Assembly (NCBI GenBank): GCA_046757165.1
Contig: JBHHXT010000038.1
Coordinates: forward strand, 1-32,955
DNA length: 32,955 bases
DNA from: a bacterium
GTDB taxonomy: Bacteria > Zhuqueibacterota > Zhuqueibacteria > Oceanimicrobiales > Oceanimicrobiaceae
Direction of reading: 5' to 3'
Below, one piece after another: positions 28,655 to 32,955 of the stretch. A program made the translations under genes and the position numbers. The notes under the pieces were generated by a model, which made no database searches, was not told the DNA's origin, and saw nothing but the letters and a program-made list of their open reading frames with translations. Numbering within the stretch: position 1 is the stretch's first letter; each line of letters begins with the position of its first letter.

Positions 28655-28833
28655 AAACACACAATCCCAAAACCGGCAAAACAACAACCGTCAAAAAAGG
28701 CGTCAAAAAAACACACAATCCGCGCACGGGCAAGACGACCGTCAAGAAAGGGAGCAAAAAGACCACCAGGAAGAAGGGCGGCAAAAAGACCACGGTCAAG
28801 AAAGGCAGCAAGAAGACAAGAACAAAGAGATAG
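28651..28833 (+). pseudogene. 3' remnant of a Lys/Thr-rich repeat protein (KTHNP(K/R)TGKTT(T)VKKG, KKTTVKKGSKK)
   Basis: Differences between the DNA repeat units are mostly synonymous in this frame. There is no convincing start, and the 5' end abuts the REP-like element. Confidence 0.5.
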
Positions 28834-28901
28834 CCAACTGCATAGGCCGCCGCATGCGGCGGCCCTTGAAAAATAGCAACAATTTGTTGTCGCCATTGGA
28901 T

Positions 28902-28971
28902 CCACGCGGATCAAAAAACCACGCGGAAAAAGCTGCTTAACTCGATGTAAGAAATCCGTGTGGAATGTTTT
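28902..28971. repeat. dispersed inverted-repeat element, copy 2 (partly deleted)
   Basis: ccacgcggatcaaaaaaccacgcggaa ... taagaaatccgtgtggaatgtttt; matches 11549-11634. Confidence 0.75.
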
Positions 28972-28987
28972 GTCTTTTCCAGCGATC

Positions 28988-31837
28988 TCATCGCAAAAAG
29001 AGCATCTTGCGAGTGACCTTGACGAATTCACCGATTCTTAGTTCGTAAAAATACACGCCCGTTGCAACCGTTTTCCCTGCACCGTTTTTGCCGTCCCAAA
29101 CCACGGCATGGCGTCCTTTGTCCTGGTTTTCGTTCACCAGGGTGCGCATTTCCTGCCCGGTCAGATTGTAGATTTTGAGGGTCACCTGGCCTGCTGTGTC
29201 GAGCTGATATTCGATGGTCGTGGAGGGATTGAACGGGTTGGGGTAGTTCTGCTGCAAGGCAAAGGTTCCCGGCAGGGGCCCTTTCTCTTCGACTGAGGTG
29301 ATGTCCGGATTTTGCCACAACTGATCCGCAGCAACGTCCGCCACTGTCTGCACTTCCCCACTCGGCCATGTAATGGTGACCTCGGCCTTCGTCGCGCGGC
29401 CCAGGCCAAAGTGCAGAATCAAGCTGCTGGTCGAGGCGCAGGTGTGGCTGCCAGAGCGGACTTCGCGCATCTGGCGCACCCGATTCCCATGGCCCTGCAC
29501 ATCGGCTATTACTTCCACCCGGGCGCCGATGGCATCCGGGGTATTCCGGTATTTGCCTGAGAAGATCTCCGAATCTCCTAGCAGCTTGACTTGCAGCCAA
29601 TGGTTGCCCAAAGTCGCGCTCTCGTTATGAAAGAGGGCTGAGGGCGTGCCGCCGCGGTTCACCACAAAAACATCCGCCCATCCATCTCGATCGTAGTCAG
29701 CGTATGCCACAGCGCGAGTCCCCCACGCCTGTCCCAGACCCACGCCCACGGTCACGTCCCGGAACAGAATTCGACCCGAGGAATCGAGACCATCGTTGCG
29801 GAAAAAATAATCCATGACCCGGTCATTGGTGGCAACGTGCAGGTCCAGATCACCGTCATTGTCGGCATCCACCCAGGCGGTGCCCCAGGAAAACCAGGGG
29901 GCGGCCACCGGGTTGGGTTCCACCACACGCTGCAAGCCAAAGCCGCCGCCATTCTCGATGAGCATATTCTTGTAGAGGTCCATCGTGCCGACATCGGTCA
30001 GGTAGATATCCAGGTCGCCATCGTTGTCAAAGTCACCGGCATCGATGCCCATGGCCGCGCCCGTGACATTTCCCAGGAATATGTCCGGCTGGCTCGTGAA
30101 GTACTCGGTAAAGGTTCCGGCCCACGTCCCATCTGCGGGATTTGGGCCATCATTGAGAAACAACTGGTCTCTCGACGGTCCATCCCCTTTGTTGGTGACA
30201 TAGATATCCGGCCAGAGGTCATTGTTGAAATCCGCGAACATCAACGCCTGGGAGGCGCGATCCGCTCGGGCAGCGTTTTCCGTCGCAATCCTGGCCGGGA
30301 TGGTGATATCGGTGAAGGTGCCGTCGCCATTGCTCAGGTAGAGCACATCCCGCTCCCCCTCGGGGAAGCCGCAGCAGATATGATTGCCAACATAGAGATC
30401 CAGAAATCCGTCCCGGTTGATATCGGCCCATGCCGCCGTCAGGGTGTGATTGAGAACCTTGCCGTCCGTGTCGATGCCGATGCCCACCCCCTCCTGCCGG
30501 TCCCCGAACAGGTCGGCGGGCGTGGGATCGGTCTCTGCTGTGACGTCAACATAGATGCCCCCCCGGTTCTGGTAAAGCGTGTTGCGTTCGCCAAAGTTGA
30601 TGACGTAGATGTCCATATCTCCGTCGTTGTCATAGTCGGCCAGAAGCGCGCCGGTGCTATGGCGCGGATCGTTTGCGCCGGCAGCATTTGGAACGAGGTC
30701 AAATTTCCCCTGGCCGGTGTTGCGGTAGAGAAGATTCGGCGCCATACCCTGTACCAGATAGAGATCGGGGAGGTCATCCCCATCGACATCTGCAAAGATG
30801 GTTCCGGGCGAATGGCCTTCGCCAAAGTAGGTGTAGTCCGGCACGCGGGCCGCTTCGCTCACGTTCTGGAAGCGGATGTCGGTTTCCTCGCCCGGGGCAA
30901 GAACAAAGAGCGATTCCCTGAGATTGGCGACCGTCCCCTCTTCCTCAGAAATTTCGGTCAAAGCCGCGGTGACGATGCGATAGCGCTGTGGGAAAGGCCC
31001 CGTCCATCCGATCACGCCGCCTGCAAAGATAAAGGTGTCCGTCCCCTTGACGGCGAGCAGCACCTCCTTGACCTCGTTGTTTTGCCAGATGTCCATCGTC
31101 GTGATCATGTCGACAGGAAAAGTCACTTGTGGAGAGATCTCAGCCCACGCGCCTGCCGGATGATCCAGGTCGAGGAAGTAGACCTTGGCGCCGTCTGTCG
31201 CGAGCAGCTCCGGTTTCGCGGTGGCTCCTCCGACATCCAGCGCAGTCATGGCGTTGAGAGACATCCCCTGTGAAAAAGGCCCTGCCCAGGTCGGGATGGG
31301 CACATCCAGGTCCAGCCAGTAGAGGTCTTCGCCGCTGGCCGCCACAAGCTCTTTCCTCTGCGTTCCGGCCATATCCACTGCGGCGAGCGCCCCAACGGCA
31401 AACGTTGGGGCCGGCGTAAGAGTCAGCCCCCCATCGCCGTCCAGATCGAGACCGAAGATGGTGGCACCGTCCGTCCACAGGATCTCTTCTCGCAGACTCA
31501 CACCTCCGACATCCAGCGCGGCCAAGCTTGTTATGGGAGATTGGAAATCAAACGGTCCGATGATTCCCTCCACCAGGCTTTCTCCATCCAGGAACGTGAA
31601 AAAGCCATGGACGTAGAGCTGTGACTCCCCTGCTCCGAAGGGCAAAGAAAAGGACGAAAACAGGTCACTGTCCAGCGTACTGCCAACGCCGATAGATGCT
31701 TGTCCCACAGGGCTGAAGTTGGACGCAACAGGAGGATTTCCTGCCGAACCAGGACTGAAAGAACCGGCCCAAAACGTCGCGACGCAGAACAAAACGGCTA
31801 ATAGAATTCTGGATTTGAATCGGTCTGGTTTCATCAT
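28988..31837 (-). CDS. secreted CRTAC1-like protein: FG-GAP/VCBS repeats + ASPIC/UnbV domain + FlgD-Ig/T9SS-type sorting domain
   Basis: Signal peptide; repeated DxDxDGDxDIYV motifs; 'NHWLQVKL..DAIGARV..LHFGLG..VTITWPSG'; 'FALQQNYPNPFNPSTTI'; RBS GGAGG. Confidence 0.92.
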   Translation of the reverse strand: MMKPDRFKSRILLAVLFCVATFWAGSFSPGSAGNPPVASNFSPVGQASIGVGSTLDSDLFSSFSLPFGAGESQLYVHGFFTFLDGESLVEGIIGPFDFQSPITSLAALDVGGVSLREEILWTDGATIFGLDLDGDGGLTLTPAPTFAVGALAAVDMAGTQRKELVAASGEDLYWLDLDVPIPTWAGPFSQGMSLNAMTALDVGGATAKPELLATDGAKVYFLDLDHPAGAWAEISPQVTFPVDMITTMDIWQNNEVKEVLLAVKGTDTFIFAGGVIGWTGPFPQRYRIVTAALTEISEEEGTVANLRESLFVLAPGEETDIRFQNVSEAARVPDYTYFGEGHSPGTIFADVDGDDLPDLYLVQGMAPNLLYRNTGQGKFDLVPNAAGANDPRHSTGALLADYDNDGDMDIYVINFGERNTLYQNRGGIYVDVTAETDPTPADLFGDRQEGVGIGIDTDGKVLNHTLTAAWADINRDGFLDLYVGNHICCGFPEGERDVLYLSNGDGTFTDITIPARIATENAARADRASQALMFADFNNDLWPDIYVTNKGDGPSRDQLFLNDGPNPADGTWAGTFTEYFTSQPDIFLGNVTGAAMGIDAGDFDNDGDLDIYLTDVGTMDLYKNMLIENGGGFGLQRVVEPNPVAAPWFSWGTAWVDADNDGDLDLHVATNDRVMDYFFRNDGLDSSGRILFRDVTVGVGLGQAWGTRAVAYADYDRDGWADVFVVNRGGTPSALFHNESATLGNHWLQVKLLGDSEIFSGKYRNTPDAIGARVEVIADVQGHGNRVRQMREVRSGSHTCASTSSLILHFGLGRATKAEVTITWPSGEVQTVADVAADQLWQNPDITSVEEKGPLPGTFALQQNYPNPFNPSTTIEYQLDTAGQVTLKIYNLTGQEMRTLVNENQDKGRHAVVWDGKNGAGKTVATGVYFYELRIGEFVKVTRKMLFLR

Positions 31838-32057
31838 CGTATCCCTCCATTTCGTGCTGTGGCTAAAGTATTCTATCCCGGCGAGGCAGTTGAAAAAGTC
31901 CGGATCCTGAACAATCTGTCTGGCACAGGTGGATGTTGTCCTTGGAGACTAAGCCAACGAAAAGGTACGTCGCTGAGAGCGAATAAGCAACGAAAATGGG
32001 GCTTTTTTATTTGTTGAATGTCCCCAGTTGGAGGGATAGCTAATTCAAATCCGATCC

Positions 32058-32121
32058 AACACGGTTTGCAACCGTGTTTTAGGTACAAATCAGCGAGGGA
32101 TACACAGTTGCAATCTGTGTA
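32058..32121. promoter_or_regulatory. pair of related palindromes (putative operators) upstream of the CRTAC1-like gene
   Basis: aacacggtt-tgc-aaccgtgtt (32058-32078) and tacacag-ttgcaat-ctgtgta (32101-32121). Confidence 0.5.
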
Positions 32122-32254
32122 GGATCATTGTTTCTCCATTCTTGAAGTCTTGACAAGAAATGACAGAACTTGACTTGTCAGGGATCAGGGCGACTGTTTA
32201 CGAAGTTGGCTTGCTTCTCAATTCTGACCCTGAAGCGCAGATCAAACGCAAAGT

Positions 32255-32955
32255 TTATAGCCGAAACATCCAATCAAAGGCAAACGCCGCTCCTTTGCCG
32301 GAAAACATGCCGTCTTGACTCGAGACCGCAAAATCCCAGGAAAAGATCGAAAAGTCGAGCGCGAAACCGACCGAAGAGGAAAGCCCTCGGTTTCCCCCAA
32401 CCGCTAGGCCGGCGCGCAGCGGTATGAAGCCTATCAGACGAAATTCCCCGCCGAGCGCGAGACGTGGATTGGTGGAAGCCGCCGCGCTGGCGCTCAGGAC
32501 CTGAATGTAGTCCACGGCGATGGTGAGCCTTTTCGTGGTGCGGGCGAATCCGAGTCGCAACTGCCGCGGCAAGTTTGTGCTAAAGGGCTGGATGTCGACT
32601 TCTTCATCCGAGTCGACGATGACGGAATCGATGTCTGAGTCCTGGAGTTTTTGCAAAGAAACAGAATCAGCTCTGAAGGTGTAGGTCAGGCGTTTGGTTT
32701 CAGTTTTCCAATTCACGCTGTTTATTAAGTTGGTTATCCCCAGGCTTGCCGTCCACCTGGTGTTCAGATTGGTTGCCGCACCCAGATCGAAGGCCAGTCC
32801 ACTGCCTCCAAGAGCGCGGTCGATGACGATGCGGCCGCTGCTGTGGACGCCATCGATATCAGTGTAGATCTGGCTCGAGGCTTCCACCACTTTGCCGTAG
32901 GCGAAACCACGCAGAATCTTGGCAGAGACACCGACGGCCACCTCCCGCGGTCCGA
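32255..32955 (-). CDS. C-terminal part of an outer-membrane beta-barrel protein (DUF5723-like); start lies beyond the window
   Basis: Frame is open to the window edge; 'GSGLAFDLGA', 'LPRQLRLG', 'IPLRAGLAVGG'; aromatic alternating C-terminal strand FAFDWMFRL. Confidence 0.7.
   Translation of the reverse strand, partial: GPREVAVGVSAKILRGFAYGKVVEASSQIYTDIDGVHSSGRIVIDRALGGSGLAFDLGAATNLNTRWTASLGITNLINSVNWKTETKRLTYTFRADSVSLQKLQDSDIDSVIVDSDEEVDIQPFSTNLPRQLRLGFARTTKRLTIAVDYIQVLSASAAASTNPRLALGGEFRLIGFIPLRAGLAVGGNRGLSSSVGFALDFSIFSWDFAVSSQDGMFSGKGAAFAFDWMFRL

Noticed and set aside
28645..28660. GGGAAAA slippery site linking the 157-aa ORF to the Lys/Thr frame
   Set aside because: Joining the frames needs a +1 shift, and the heptamer is not in the phase required for -1 frameshifting

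Overview
Chromosomal window from a diderm bacterium, probably of the FCB superphylum (KSB1/Calditrichota-like). This is inferred from two secreted proteins ending in the 'NxPNPFNPxTTI' FlgD-Ig/T9SS-type sorting domain and a GroEL tail [11 protein letters not shown]. Recognisable genes: phytase-like/extracellular nuclease fusion, B12-binding radical SAM enzyme, zinc-ribbon protein, a divergent rpsU (S21), msrP without msrQ, diguanylate cyclase, TPR lipoprotein, hsp20-groES-groEL, MacB-type ABC transporter, CAP-domain protein, Omp85-like barrel, cation-chloride cotransporter, TLC/Npt-type MFS transporter and a CRTAC1/FG-GAP protein. The window also holds decayed genes (RAYT transposase, GAF fragment, DUF4269, a Lys/Thr-repeat remnant) and several REP/MITE-like palindromes. 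The most notable candidate is the TLC/Npt-type transporter: its apparent TGA stop is followed by a SECIS-like hairpin and 12 more sense codons, suggesting a selenocysteine-containing membrane transporter. Other candidates are two structured non-coding RNAs at about 3.9-4.5 kb (one placed like an orphan riboswitch), an IHF/sigma54/RNA-thermometer module at hsp20, and a hammerhead-like relic after rpsU. All calls are by eye; no searches or folding programs were run.
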